A DNA stretch of 64,000 nucleotides from Candidatus Parcubacteria bacterium (GTDB lineage Bacteria > Patescibacteriota > Patescibacteriia > CAIXNZ01), in NCBI GenBank assembly GCA_026395685.1, contig JAPLYG010000005.1, positions 4,126 to 68,125 on the forward strand, in the 5' to 3' direction. Under the pieces are notes generated by a model. That model saw only the letters and a program-made list of their open reading frames with translations, did not search any database and was not told where the DNA came from. The translations under genes were made by a program, and so were the position numbers. Of this stretch, positions 1 through 10,096 are shown piece after piece. Each line of letters opens with the position of its first letter. Positions within the stretch are counted from its first letter, which is position 1.

Positions 1-1127
1 TCCATTATCTTTTTTCCTTTAAAATATGCATATATGCGCTGTTTACTGATATCAATTTCAATATTTTTATAAGCCTCGTATTTATTTATAGGTGAAATTG
101 TTTGCATGCCGCTAATCAATTCTATTTGGCCGTCATTATCAAAATCACTACTGCTGACAGATACGCCTCCATTAAATCCCGGAAAAGCAATTACATTCGG
201 GTTAAGTTTAATTTTACCATCGGGAGCAAAAAATTTTATCTGAGAATCTAAGCCAAATCCCGGACCGATAATAATTTCAGAATTTTTATCATTATCAATA
301 TCGCCTGAAGTCAAATTAACCCCTCCCATATAATCTGTCGGATAAGCATTGAATTTATTTAATAATATTCCTTCCGCAGTATATGTTTTAATTTCAGCTG
401 CAGCGTCCATATAAGGTGATGTAATTATTTCCGATTGTCCGTCATTATTTACATCAGAAGCTAAAACAGTTACTCCTGATTTAACTTTTTTATCATAAAC
501 TAAAAATTCTCTTATTAAATGGCCATAATTATCAAAAATTTGGATTTTAGGTTCGGATTGATAGCCTGAGCCAGCTATTATTTCCAATTGACCGTCTCTA
601 TTTAAGTCACCTGCTGAAACATTTACTCCTGAATAAACAGCACTGTCAAAAGCAAAGAATTCCGTAATCATGATGCCTTGCCCGTTAAAAATGCGGATAT
701 GCGGTCCTCCGCCCTCATTAGGGGCGGTAATTATTACAGCCGGCAGATTCGGGTAAAGTTTAGCTACAAAAATAGTCAGACCTTTTTTAAAATTATCAGC
801 ATATGCCTGAAATTCATTTATTAATTCTGCTTTATTATTAAAAATTCTGATTAGGGGTTTTTCATTTAAACCTGTTGCTACTACTATTTCATTCAAACCA
901 TCGCCATTAACATCACCACTGCCGACGTTTACGCCCTGAACTTGGGAAGTCTCGGGAAATGGATAAAATTCCTTTTCCAAAAGTCCGGAAAAGGGGTTAA
1001 AGATACGAACTGCGGGTCTGACTAAAGCAGGTTGTATGATTGTTGGAATTAGTTCAGGAGTCGCCGCTGATGCTGGAAAAGGTAATAAAAGGCTAATAAT
1101 AAACAAAATAAGGAGGGCTTTTTTCAT
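1..1127 (-). CDS. FG-GAP/VCBS-repeat secreted protein (partial; C-terminal part lies beyond window start)
   Basis: Minus-strand ATG at ~1125-1127 gives signal peptide MKKALLILFIISLLLP. Repeated G-x-D-x-N-x-DG calcium-binding-like motifs (GSGDVNGDG, SAGDLNRDGQ, ASDVNNDGQ, TSGDIDNDKN, SSSDFDNDGQ) recur every ~65 aa. Confidence 0.6.
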   Translation of the reverse strand, partial: MKKALLILFIISLLLPFPASAATPELIPTIIQPALVRPAVRIFNPFSGLLEKEFYPFPETSQVQGVNVGSGDVNGDGLNEIVVATGLNEKPLIRIFNNKAELINEFQAYADNFKKGLTIFVAKLYPNLPAVIITAPNEGGGPHIRIFNGQGIMITEFFAFDSAVYSGVNVSAGDLNRDGQLEIIAGSGYQSEPKIQIFDNYGHLIREFLVYDKKVKSGVTVLASDVNNDGQSEIITSPYMDAAAEIKTYTAEGILLNKFNAYPTDYMGGVNLTSGDIDNDKNSEIIIGPGFGLDSQIKFFAPDGKIKLNPNVIAFPGFNGGVSVSSSDFDNDGQIELISGMQTISPINKYEAYKNIEIDISKQRIYAYFKGKKIM

Positions 1128-1436
1128 GTGACTACGATGGTTTGTAAATTAGTTTTTTGTATGTAGGTCGGGTATTTCATGTGTTATTTTAGTTAAATCA
1201 AGGTAAGCAAATATTAATACTGAAGTTTATAATTTTTGGCTTATCTTTAAATTTTCATTATTTATATATTATAGCAAGAAAGTCGTATTATTCAAATTAA
1301 AATGGCTAAAACTGGGATTATGTCAATATGTGAACGTCTCTAAAGTGAAACTTCTTAATTTTTTCTATTATCCCCAATAATTATTTAGGCTGATAATATT
1401 TTGGGGTTCTTTATAAAAATGGTACACTAATGATAT

Positions 1437-2450
1437 ATGAAACAAGCCCTCTTTTGGCGAAAAAAGCTAAATAATATTCAGTGCCAGTTATGCAGTCATT
1501 ATTGCTTAATCAGCGAGGAAAGGACCGGCATTTGTGCTGTACGTAAAAATATAAAAGGTACGCTATATTCTTTGGTTTACGGCAAAGTAATTGCTGCCAA
1601 TATTGATCCGATTGAGAAAAAGCCTCTATTCCATTTTTTGCCTGGCAGTTTAAGCTATTCAATTGCCACAGTAGGCTGTAATTTCCGCTGTGCTCACTGC
1701 CAGAATGCAGATATTTCGCAATTGGCGGAAAAAACTTTCAGCACTGATTTTATACCCGGACAAGACATTGAGCCCCAAGAAATCATTAATCAGGCCAAGC
1801 TGTCCGGCTGCCAGTCTATCGCCTATACCTATACTGAACCGACTATTTTTGCGGAGTTTGCTTTAGATTGCATGAAATTGGCAAAGAAGGCCGGACTGAA
1901 AAATGTCTGGGTATCCAATGGCTATACAGCTAAAGAGGTCTGGGCAGAGATTCTCCCTTATCTTGATGCGATTAATATTGATTTGAAATTTTTTACTGAT
2001 GAGAATTATTTAAAAATTTGCGGAGCCAAATTGGATCCGGTTTTGGACAACTTGAAATTTATATATCACAACAAAATTCATCTGGAAATTACGACTTTAA
2101 TTATTCCGGGATTAAATGATAATGACCAGGAATTAATTAATATTGCCAAATTCATAAAAAATGAATTAAGCGCTGATGTCCCCTGGCATGTTTCCCGCTT
2201 TTTCCCCCAATACAAACTGGCTGATCAAAATCCCACCGAAGAGGAATTAATTTATAAAGCTATTTCTATAGGCAAGGAAGTCGGCTTAAATTATGTTTAT
2301 GGCGGAAATGTCAGCAGTGAAGAACTGGAAAATACTTATTGTCCTCAATGCGGAGAATTAATCATAAAACGAGATGTCTATAATATTGAACGCTTTGATG
2401 ATAATTCCTTATGCCCAAAATGTAAGAGAATAATTGATATACGAATCTAG
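1437..2450 (+). CDS. Radical SAM enzyme, AmmeMemoRadiSam-system AmrS-like (PFL-activase-like) with C-terminal CxxC..CxxC zinc ribbon
   Basis: N-terminal CQLCSHYC...GICAVRKN cluster, then radical SAM CNFRCAHCQN (CxxxCxxC-QN). C-terminal CPQCG...CPKC. Confidence 0.6.
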   Translation: MKQALFWRKKLNNIQCQLCSHYCLISEERTGICAVRKNIKGTLYSLVYGKVIAANIDPIEKKPLFHFLPGSLSYSIATVGCNFRCAHCQNADISQLAEKTFSTDFIPGQDIEPQEIINQAKLSGCQSIAYTYTEPTIFAEFALDCMKLAKKAGLKNVWVSNGYTAKEVWAEILPYLDAINIDLKFFTDENYLKICGAKLDPVLDNLKFIYHNKIHLEITTLIIPGLNDNDQELINIAKFIKNELSADVPWHVSRFFPQYKLADQNPTEEELIYKAISIGKEVGLNYVYGGNVSSEELENTYCPQCGELIIKRDVYNIERFDDNSLCPKCKRIIDIRI

Positions 2451-2454
2451 TCCT

Positions 2455-2483
2455 TGACTTTTTCAGTTAAATGTGCTATTATG
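2455..2483 (+). promoter_or_regulatory. sigma70-like promoter TTGACT-17-TATTAT upstream of lipoprotein gene
   Basis: ttgacttttttcagttaaatgtgctattat, followed by strong RBS aggagg 8 nt before GTG start. Confidence 0.4.
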
Positions 2484-2510
2484 TAAAAATGGATTAAGGA
2501 GGAAAAAATA

Positions 2511-2807
2511 GTGAAAAAAATCGTTTTTGCGGTATGTTTATGTGTTGCATTGGTTTACGGGTGTCCTGATGAAAAGGAAAATTCAGGGCCAGCCCAGGAT
2601 CTAAGAGTATCCCAAAGCAATTCAGTTGATCAGCAGGTCAACAACGAGAACACTGAGGTACCAGAAAGATTAGGAAGTAATATGATTTTTGTGCATGGTG
2701 AACCCATGTCACTCGAGGAAGCTGAAAAGGTTTTGCCGGAAAGCGAAAGACCAAATGTCGATCAATACGGCAATCCGCTTTTCGTACATAAAACCAAAAA
2801 AAAGTAA
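2511..2807 (+). CDS. Small lipoprotein (hypothetical)
   Basis: GTG start after AGGAGG RBS. Signal peptide plus lipobox LVYGC. Low-complexity acidic mature part. Confidence 0.45.
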   Translation: MKKIVFAVCLCVALVYGCPDEKENSGPAQDLRVSQSNSVDQQVNNENTEVPERLGSNMIFVHGEPMSLEEAEKVLPESERPNVDQYGNPLFVHKTKKK

Positions 2808-2865
2808 AACTTGAAGTTCTCGAAACCGGGTCTCTGTAATGGAGGCCCTTTTCTTTTAATAAGAA

Positions 2866-2900
2866 AAAGCGCTCCAACCGAGGGAGCGCTTTTGATTTTG
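2866..2900. terminator. Bidirectional intrinsic terminator between lipoprotein gene and prs
   Basis: aaaaagcgctccaaccgagggagcgcttttgatttt: 9-bp stem, A-run before, T-run after. Confidence 0.5.
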
Positions 2901-2925
2901 CTGACGTGAACGATTTTAGTTAGCG

Positions 2926-4002
2926 TCAGTCTAATTTAATTACAGGATAGTTTCCTGTTTTGCATTGTTCAGCATAACTAAAATCGTGCAGTTTAGTAAC
3001 GGATTCATCCAAAATAGTCTGCTGGATTGCCAACGCCATAAGCTTGGCAACGGATATTACCTGGAACTTGTTGGAAAATTTTAACTTTTCTTCTGCCGGA
3101 ATAGTATCCGTGATGATAATCTGATCAATCGGAGAATCTTTAATCCTGATCATGATTTGTTCAGAAGTCAGTCCAATCTTTGCCAGAGGCGCATGAGGTG
3201 CAATCATGATGATTTTTTCGGCGCCGTTAGTTTTTAGGCTTTCCGCATCCTGGATGGCAGTGTTACCTGAACAAACTTCATCATCAACCATAATGATGAT
3301 TTTGCCCTTGCAAAGAATTTCCTTTTGCAGTTCCAAAGTGCCTTTATGGTCTTTGCGGTATTTGTCAATGTAGTCATGCTTGAGGTCGGGCAGCAATTCC
3401 GTAAGTTTACTGAAACGCTTGGCTGCGCTGGCATCTGAAAACGCCAGCATTATTCTTTCCGTATCGCCTGCAAGCTGGGTGGCAATCAAGCTCTTGATAA
3501 AGTCAGCGTACAAATAGATAGATGAAATTTCATCAGCCGAAGGCTTGAAATAATGCTTGACGTGCGAATCATGAGGATCAAGCAGCATGACCCGGCGTAC
3601 ACCCAAAACATTATTCAAAAATTCAGCCATCACTTTGCTCATAACTGAAATGCGTGGCTTATCTTTTCGGTCGCTTCGTGCATAGGGCATATAAGGAAAA
3701 GCCAGAAGAAGGTCAGCCGCATTGGAGTTTTGAATCGCATCCAGCAAAGCAAATAAGGAAAAGAGACGATCGTGCAAGGGCGGACATTGGGTGTGAATTA
3801 CCACCACAAAATATCCGCGCACATTGTCAATTTGGGCCATGACATTCTCGTTGTCAAACGAAAAAATATCAGGGCGTGTCAGCGTCAGTCCGCCTTCTGG
3901 CTTAAATGCTATCGGCAGTGTTTGATCTAGGTGGAAGCATACTTTTTCCGCCAGAATGTCTGATCCCGGTAACGCAAAAACTTTGACTCCGCGAAATTTC
4001 AT
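2926..4002 (-). CDS. prs: Ribose-phosphate pyrophosphokinase (PRPP synthetase), with C-terminal extension
   Basis: PYMPYARSDRKDKPR (PYxxYARQDR-type motif). PRPP-binding loop VDDEVCSGNT. 358 aa. Confidence 0.85.
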   Translation of the reverse strand: MKFRGVKVFALPGSDILAEKVCFHLDQTLPIAFKPEGGLTLTRPDIFSFDNENVMAQIDNVRGYFVVVIHTQCPPLHDRLFSLFALLDAIQNSNAADLLLAFPYMPYARSDRKDKPRISVMSKVMAEFLNNVLGVRRVMLLDPHDSHVKHYFKPSADEISSIYLYADFIKSLIATQLAGDTERIMLAFSDASAAKRFSKLTELLPDLKHDYIDKYRKDHKGTLELQKEILCKGKIIIMVDDEVCSGNTAIQDAESLKTNGAEKIIMIAPHAPLAKIGLTSEQIMIRIKDSPIDQIIITDTIPAEEKLKFSNKFQVISVAKLMALAIQQTILDESVTKLHDFSYAEQCKTGNYPVIKLD

Positions 4003-4089
4003 GGCAATTCCCTCCCTTTGTGAAATGTAAGGTACGGTTTAAATTTAACACTTAGCCATAATATGTCAAATTTAACTAGAAGATCAGCC

Positions 4090-4118
4090 TTGACATAGAT
4101 AAAAAAGCCTATTATACT
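4090..4118 (+). promoter_or_regulatory. Consensus sigma70 promoter TTGACA-17-TATACT for clpB
   Basis: ttgacatagataaaaaagcctattatact: perfect -35, 17-nt spacer, 5/6 -10. Confidence 0.65.
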
Positions 4119-4122
4119 TAAT

Positions 4123-4149
4123 TTAGCACTCTCTCTTGACGAGTGCTAA
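4123..4149 (+). promoter_or_regulatory. CIRCE element (HrcA operator) TTAGCACTC-N9-GAGTGCTAA
   Basis: ttagcactc tctcttgac gagtgctaa: perfect 9-bp inverted repeat with 9-bp spacer, immediately downstream of the -10 and ~55 nt upstream of the clpB start. Confidence 0.8.
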
Positions 4150-4204
4150 AACTATTTAAAAATTAATGATACATATCTACAAATTAGTAGATTAGTAACC
4201 ATAT

Positions 4205-6826
4205 ATGTTTAATCCCAACCGTTTAACAACAAAATCTCAGGAATGTTTGAGGCTTGCCCAGCAAATTGCCATTGAAAATCAAAATCAGCAGGTTGACGCC
4301 TTGCATGTGCTTGCTGCCCTGCTTACCCAGGATGATAGCCTGGTTGTGACAATTATGAAAAAGCTGGAAATTGATGTGAATGCTATAAAAAATGAAATTT
4401 TCGGTGCTATAAAGACAATGCCAAAATCACGCGGAGAAATAAATCTTACGCAGATGTTTTTATCTGAAGATTTAGCCCGTATTTTGGCAGGCTCTGAAAA
4501 AGAAGCCTCAGATTTAAAAGATGAATATATTTCTACAGAACATATTCTTTTATCAATGTTGAATACCAAAAGCAAGACAAAGTCTTTGCTTGATTCTTAT
4601 GGCATTGAATACGATAATGTCCTGAAATTATTAGCTCAGCTGCGCGGTTCAACCAGAATTACAGATCCTGAGCCGGAATCAAAATTTCAAGTTTTAGAAA
4701 AATATGCCCAGAATTTAACGGAAATGGCGCGTCAGGAAAAGCTTGATCCTGTGATTGGCCGTGATTCTGAAATACGCCGCGTAATGCAGGTGCTTTCGCG
4801 CAGAACCAAAAATAATCCGGTCTTAATTGGTGAAGCCGGTGTCGGTAAGACAGCAATTGCTGAAGGCTTGGCCCAAAGAATTGTAGCAGGTGATGTGCCG
4901 GAAACACTGAAAAATAAGGAAGTTATTTCTTTGGATTTAGGCGCTTTGATTGCCGGTACAAAGTTTCGCGGTGAATTTGAGGATCGTTTAAAAGCGGTTT
5001 TAAAAGAAGTAGAAAATTCCAATGGGCAAATTATTTTATTTATTGATGAATTGCATACTGTCGTAGGCGCCGGCGCTATTGAAGGCACAATGGATGCATC
5101 TAATATGCTGAAACCCGCTTTAGCGCGCGGTAAATTGCATGCCATTGGCGCTACTACCTTAAAGGAATATCAGAAATATATTGAAAAAGATCCGGCTTTA
5201 GAGCGTCGCTTTCAGCCAGTATTGGTACTTGAACCTTCAATTGAGGATACCATTGCCATTTTACGCGGTATTAAGGAAAAATATGAAGTTCATCATGGCG
5301 TACGCATTACTGATTCGGCTATTGTGGCAGCAGCGGAGCTTTCTCAGCGATATATCACCGATCGTTTTTTGCCAGATAAAGGTGTTGATCTAATTGATGA
5401 AGCCACCTCTGCTTTACGTATGGAAATTGATTCGATGCCGGATGAATTGGATGCCATGAAGCGAAAAATTAAACAATTAGAAATTGAAAAAGCTGCTTTA
5501 AAAAAAGAAATCGATAAGGAAAGCAAATCCAAATTGAAAGATTTGGACAAGATCCTTAATGATCTTAAGGAAAAATCCAATCAGTTGGAATTGCATTGGA
5601 AAAGTGAAAAGGACATTATTACCAAAATTCGCGAAGCGAAAAAGCAGATTGATGGTTTGAAGGTTGAAGCTGATATTTTGGAAAGAAAATCAGAATTGCA
5701 GAAAGTAGCGGAAATTCGTTATGGTAAAATCCCCGCGGTGGAAAAGGAAATTAGATCTCTTGAAAAAAAACTAGCAAACATCCAGAAAGAACATAAGATT
5801 CTCAAAGAAGAAGTTAACGAGGAAGATATTGCCGAAGTTGTTTCCCGCTGGACCGGCATTCCTGTCTCCAAAATGCTGCAATCAGAAATGGAAAAATTAG
5901 TTCATACTGAAAATGAATTAAAAAAACGCGTGGTCGGCCAGGAAGAAGCAATTTCTGCCGTGGCTAATGCAATAAGACGTTCACGCGCAGGTATTTCCGA
6001 AGAAAATAAGCCCATCGGCACTTTTATCTTTTTAGGACCGACAGGTGTCGGAAAAACCGAGCTTGCCAAGGCTTTGGCTGAATTTATGTTTAATAATGAA
6101 AATGCCATGATTCGTGTTGATATGTCTGAATACATGGAAAAACATGCAGTTTCCAAAATGATCGGCTCCCCTCCCGGTTATGTCGGTTATGAAGAAGGCG
6201 GTCAATTGACGGAACAGGTGCGCAGACGCCCCTACTCTGTTATTTTATTTGATGAAATTGAAAAAGCCCATCCTGAAGTTTTTAATATTTTGCTGCAATT
6301 ATTGGATGATGGCCGCTTGACTGATGCCAAAGGCAGAGTCGTTAATTTTAAAAATACAATTATTATCATGACTTCAAATTTGGGCAATCAGCTTCTAAAG
6401 GAAGTTTCATTGGGTTTTGAATTAAAAGAAGATAAAGTTGATGCTAAAGTTAATGAGGAAAAAATGAAAGAAAACGTTTATGAAGCCTTGAAATCTCATT
6501 TTAAGCCGGAATTTTTAAATCGGCTTGATGAAATTATTATTTTTCATCCTCTTGCCAAAAAGGAAATAGAAAAAATTATTGAACTGCAGTTGGAAATTGT
6601 TAAAAAGCGTTTGGCGGATAAAAAAATAAAATTGGATTTTACTGAAAGCCTAAAAAAGCATCTGGCTGATAAAGGTTTCGATCCTCAATTCGGCGCTCGT
6701 CCCCTCAAGCGTGTAATCCAAAATGAAATTCTTGATGACTTGGCTTTGAAAATTATTGAAAACAAAGTTAAAGAAGGTGATAAAATTAAGGTTGATGTTG
6801 TTGAAAATAAGGTTGTTTTCAAATAA
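4205..6826 (+). CDS. clpB: ATP-dependent chaperone ClpB (two AAA+ modules plus middle coiled-coil)
   Basis: Clp N-domain. Walker [14 protein letters not shown] and [13 protein letters not shown]. Long coiled-coil between NBDs. 873 aa. Confidence 0.9.
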   Translation: MFNPNRLTTKSQECLRLAQQIAIENQNQQVDALHVLAALLTQDDSLVVTIMKKLEIDVNAIKNEIFGAIKTMPKSRGEINLTQMFLSEDLARILAGSEKEASDLKDEYISTEHILLSMLNTKSKTKSLLDSYGIEYDNVLKLLAQLRGSTRITDPEPESKFQVLEKYAQNLTEMARQEKLDPVIGRDSEIRRVMQVLSRRTKNNPVLIGEAGVGKTAIAEGLAQRIVAGDVPETLKNKEVISLDLGALIAGTKFRGEFEDRLKAVLKEVENSNGQIILFIDELHTVVGAGAIEGTMDASNMLKPALARGKLHAIGATTLKEYQKYIEKDPALERRFQPVLVLEPSIEDTIAILRGIKEKYEVHHGVRITDSAIVAAAELSQRYITDRFLPDKGVDLIDEATSALRMEIDSMPDELDAMKRKIKQLEIEKAALKKEIDKESKSKLKDLDKILNDLKEKSNQLELHWKSEKDIITKIREAKKQIDGLKVEADILERKSELQKVAEIRYGKIPAVEKEIRSLEKKLANIQKEHKILKEEVNEEDIAEVVSRWTGIPVSKMLQSEMEKLVHTENELKKRVVGQEEAISAVANAIRRSRAGISEENKPIGTFIFLGPTGVGKTELAKALAEFMFNNENAMIRVDMSEYMEKHAVSKMIGSPPGYVGYEEGGQLTEQVRRRPYSVILFDEIEKAHPEVFNILLQLLDDGRLTDAKGRVVNFKNTIIIMTSNLGNQLLKEVSLGFELKEDKVDAKVNEEKMKENVYEALKSHFKPEFLNRLDEIIIFHPLAKKEIEKIIELQLEIVKKRLADKKIKLDFTESLKKHLADKGFDPQFGARPLKRVIQNEILDDLALKIIENKVKEGDKIKVDVVENKVVFK

Positions 6827-6937
6827 GTTAAAATATTATAAAACCCAAAATATTGACAGTTTTGTATTTTTGTGATATAATCTAGTTGGTTAAAGAAATG
6901 ACAAAGTAACAATAATCTCAGAAATTTTCAGGAGGAA

Positions 6938-7405
6938 ATGATGAAAAAAGAAACTGCTTATATTGTCGTTCTGGTTATTATCGGGATGTGTTTTGTCACT
7001 TTTGAGACTAAAGAGTCTGAACATCTTAAAAAAGACTACTTTATTTCTCAAAATAACCAGGAGACAATGTCTGCTGAAATGATGGCTTACAATGCCATTT
7101 CTAAAACGCTTGATAATCCTAAAGTGGAAAATGAAAATGAGGTTGAGTTACCTGATGATGAAGAACAGGCAATTTATGCCGTACTTCAAGAAAGCATTCG
7201 TCTGGAAAAAAGGCTGCAAAGCTTACACAAAAAAAACAAGAAAGACTTAACCGAAGAAGAAAAACAGGATATTTTGTATTATCAGGGATGTAAATTGTAT
7301 GTGCATGGGAAACTGGTTACCTGGCAGGAATTTAATAACCTTTTGCCGCCAGAATCAAGAGGAGAGATTCATCCAGACTATAAAAGTACTTGCTTTTTAG
7401 ACTAG
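6938..7405 (+). CDS. Hypothetical membrane-anchored protein
   Basis: RBS aggagg. N-terminal TM helix (YIVVLVIIGMCFVTF). Charged, coiled-coil-like remainder. Confidence 0.4.
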   Translation: MMKKETAYIVVLVIIGMCFVTFETKESEHLKKDYFISQNNQETMSAEMMAYNAISKTLDNPKVENENEVELPDDEEQAIYAVLQESIRLEKRLQSLHKKNKKDLTEEEKQDILYYQGCKLYVHGKLVTWQEFNNLLPPESRGEIHPDYKSTCFLD

Positions 7406-7415
7406 ACTTTTAACA

Positions 7416-7449
7416 ATCCGCTGAAGATAAGTAAGCGGATTTTATTTTT
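7416..7449 (+). terminator. Intrinsic terminator of the 6938-7405 gene
   Basis: atccgctgaagataagtaagcggat followed by tttattttt. Confidence 0.55.
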
Positions 7450-7455
7450 GCCAAA

Positions 7456-7653
7456 GTAAAAAGCCCCGCAATTATGTTGATAATTAGGCAGCGGGGCTAT
7501 AGCGCAACTGGGTTACCTCGAATGGACGATAGACGGCTAAGATTTGGTGAAAAGGATAGAAAAGCATTAATCATTCCGTAAGGTTAGGCAGCTGCCAACA
7601 AAATCGCCATCTGGCAAAGGTGCCATAGAGGTAAAACCCAGATTACAAATATC
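7456..7653 (-). ncRNA. Candidate ~200-nt non-coding RNA of unknown class (minus strand), with own promoter and intrinsic terminator
   Basis: Minus-strand extended -10 (TGTTATAAT, + coords ~7661-7669). Minus-strand terminator gccccgctgcctaattatcaacataattgcggggc + TTTTT (7456-7497). GC-enriched body. 5'/3' closing helix CUGGGUUUUACCUC / GAGGUAACCCAG. No ORF >60 aa, and no downstream minus-strand gene. Confidence 0.3.
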
Positions 7654-7780
7654 ATCTTACATTATAACAGCAATTTTGTGATGTGGATAACTTTAGTAAC
7701 ATATTTCTAATAGAAAACTATTGATTTTGAGATTAGTTTTTTAATTTGTAGAAAATAAAAAAATATGATATCATAAAAAC

Positions 7781-9187
7781 ATGAAAATAATTAAATTCAT
7801 CACAATTTTATCGATAGTTAGCTTAATTTATTGCCAAACTCAGCCTATAAATAGCGCTCAAGCTTTTGAATTTGAGCCCAATGACATCATTAATGATAAT
7901 GAACTGACTGATTATAACTCTATGAGTTTAGCAGATATCCAGGAATTTTTAGATAATCAGCCTGGTGTTTTAAAGAGTTTACAGACAATGGATACTCTGG
8001 GCAATGAGAAAACAGCAGCAGAAATAATTCATATTGCGGCGCTAACTTATATAATTAACCCGAAATGGATTATTGCTACTCTGCAAAAGGAGCAAAGTTT
8101 AATAACAAATCCCACTCCAGGGCAAAAAGATTTAGATTGGGCCATGGGCTATGCAATCTGCGATTCTTGTTCCAAAGATGATCCTGCCCTGCAAAAATTT
8201 AAGGGTTTTGGCATGCAAATTGATCGCGCTACTGCTCGCATACGCTATTACTTTGACCATCCCAATGACTTTGGCATTAAAGTTGGTTATATGTACAATA
8301 TTGACGGCCGCGATGTATTGCCTTTCAATCAGGCTACGGCAAATTTATTTATTTATACCCCGCATCTGCACGGCAATTATAATTTTTGGATTATCTGGAA
8401 TCGCTGGTTTTCAAAAATTTTTCCGGATGGAACTTTGGTGCGTATGTCAGGAGATGCAGGCGTTTGGCTGATTCAAAACGGGAAACGACGACCTTTTTTA
8501 ACAAAGACCGCCTTAATGAGCCGCTATGATAGCACTAAGATAATTGAGATATCACGCAATGATTTATTGAGATATGAAATCGGATATCCTCTTAAATATC
8601 CCAATTATTCCCTCTTGAAGTCTCCGGCAGGCATTATTTATCTACTGGTTAATGATGAGAAAAAGGAAATTGAATCTGCAGACGTATTTAAAACAATCGG
8701 TTATAATCCCGAAGAAGTTATGGAGGTTACTGACGAAGAATTAAGTTATTATCAGGATGGTCGTAAAATTACTTTAGATAGTATTTACCCGCAGGGAGCG
8801 CTTGTGCAGGATATTAAAAGCGGCGGTGTTTTTTATGTAGAAGACGGCATCAAATACCCGATTATTGCCAAAGAAATTTTAAACAACAATTTTAAAAATT
8901 ATAAATTAACAAAGCTCAGCAGTGAAGAACTGGATAAATATGTTAAAGCCGCAAATGGCATGAAACTGATAGACGGCACTTTAATTCAAATAAAAGGCGA
9001 TAATAAAGTTTATGTAATTTCTAACGGTCAAAAGCGCTGGATTGCCAATGAATCAACTTTTAATCAATTGGGATATAAATGGGTAAATATAATTACTGTC
9101 AGTGATAAAGTCGCTGCTTTGCATGGTGAGGGAGAAGCTATTGACTCGTTGACATCAAACGATACTCAAATTGCAACAATAAATTAA
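7781..9187 (+). CDS. Hypothetical secreted protein
   Basis: N-terminal signal peptide. 468 aa. 19-nt gap to next gene. Confidence 0.5.
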   Translation: MKIIKFITILSIVSLIYCQTQPINSAQAFEFEPNDIINDNELTDYNSMSLADIQEFLDNQPGVLKSLQTMDTLGNEKTAAEIIHIAALTYIINPKWIIATLQKEQSLITNPTPGQKDLDWAMGYAICDSCSKDDPALQKFKGFGMQIDRATARIRYYFDHPNDFGIKVGYMYNIDGRDVLPFNQATANLFIYTPHLHGNYNFWIIWNRWFSKIFPDGTLVRMSGDAGVWLIQNGKRRPFLTKTALMSRYDSTKIIEISRNDLLRYEIGYPLKYPNYSLLKSPAGIIYLLVNDEKKEIESADVFKTIGYNPEEVMEVTDEELSYYQDGRKITLDSIYPQGALVQDIKSGGVFYVEDGIKYPIIAKEILNNNFKNYKLTKLSSEELDKYVKAANGMKLIDGTLIQIKGDNKVYVISNGQKRWIANESTFNQLGYKWVNIITVSDKVAALHGEGEAIDSLTSNDTQIATIN

Positions 9188-9206
9188 TTTAACTTTAATC
9201 TTTTTT

Positions 9207-9995
9207 ATGTTGGTTTTTTCCGCCATTTGTCCTCATCCTCCAATATTAATCCCAACAATTGGAAAGGATAATCTCAAACAAATTAAAGATACTGCCGAAG
9301 CAATGAAAAAGTTGGAGCAGGAGCTTTATGCCTCTAAGCCGGATGTAATTTTGATTATTTCGCCTCACGGTGAAATGATACCCGATGCTTTTTGTATTAA
9401 TTTAAATTCAAGTTATAAAGTTAATTTTGAAGAATTTGGCGACTTTACCACAAAATTAGAATATAGAAGCAGTTCCCTTTTGGCTTTGAAAATTAAGGAA
9501 AGGGTGGAGAATGAATTGCCGATAATTTTATTAAGTAATGATACTTTAGATCATGGCTGCGGTGTGCCTTTATTTTATGTAACCAAGCATTTAAAAAATA
9601 TTGAAGTTATCCCTGTCAGTTACAGCTTTTTAGATACAGACAAGCATTTTAAGTTTGGTCAGCTGATAAAAAAAGAAATTGCCAAAAGTGAAAAGAGAGT
9701 TGCTGTCATTGCTTCCGGCGATATGTCTCACAGCCTGACCAAAAGCTCACCCGCTGGCTTTTCTCCTAAAGGCGCAGAATTTGATAAAGAGTTTATTTCT
9801 CTGCTTAAGCGCAAAGACATTCCCGGGATTATGAAGATGAATAAAAATTTAATTGAAGAAGCTTCTGAATGCGGTTATCGCTCTTTTTCCATTTTATTCG
9901 GCATCTTGGAGGAATATAAATTGGATGTGGAGATTTTATCGTATGAAGGAACATTTGGGGTCGGCTATTTAGTGGCAAATTTTAAGTTGGTTTAA
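9207..9995 (+). CDS. MEMO1/LigB-like protein (AmmeMemoRadiSam system protein B-like; class III extradiol dioxygenase fold)
   Basis: AICPHPP...VILIISPHGE...DHGCGVPL His-containing motifs typical of LigB/MEMO superfamily. Adjacent to the AMMECR1 gene. Confidence 0.5.
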   Translation: MLVFSAICPHPPILIPTIGKDNLKQIKDTAEAMKKLEQELYASKPDVILIISPHGEMIPDAFCINLNSSYKVNFEEFGDFTTKLEYRSSSLLALKIKERVENELPIILLSNDTLDHGCGVPLFYVTKHLKNIEVIPVSYSFLDTDKHFKFGQLIKKEIAKSEKRVAVIASGDMSHSLTKSSPAGFSPKGAEFDKEFISLLKRKDIPGIMKMNKNLIEEASECGYRSFSILFGILEEYKLDVEILSYEGTFGVGYLVANFKLV

Positions 9996-10096
9996 TAACA
10001 AATAAAATTGCATATTTAATAATTGAAGGAGCCCCAACGATGCAGGGCTTCTTTATTTGTATAGAGAATTGAATGTATTACAAAATTTATTAATTT

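Noticed and set aside
4285-6156. Several minus-strand ORFs inside clpB (4285-4575, 4659-4907, 4732-5145, 5344-5580, 5902-6156)
   Set aside because: They are fully nested antisense to a well-supported AAA+ gene, and their low-complexity Ser/Ile-rich products are typical of antisense artefacts. The same applies to antisense ORFs inside copA, dinB, serA, murB, the giant proteins and others.
7683-7691. Perfect DnaA box (TTATCCACA), and the AT-rich repeat tract at 15380-15572, as a replication origin
   Set aside because: Only one consensus box. No cluster of boxes, and no dnaA, dnaN or rpmH nearby. The repeat tract lacks DnaA boxes.
7440-7700. Possibility that the GC-rich region is tmRNA, RNase P RNA, SRP RNA or 6S RNA
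   Set aside because: GGGGCUAUAGCG...CUCGAAUGG loosely resembles a tmRNA 5' end. However, there is no T-arm/CCA 3' end, no ANDENYALAA-type tag frame, no RNase P CR-I/CR-V motifs, and no SRP GGAA/AGCAGCC apex. Left as an unclassified ncRNA candidate.
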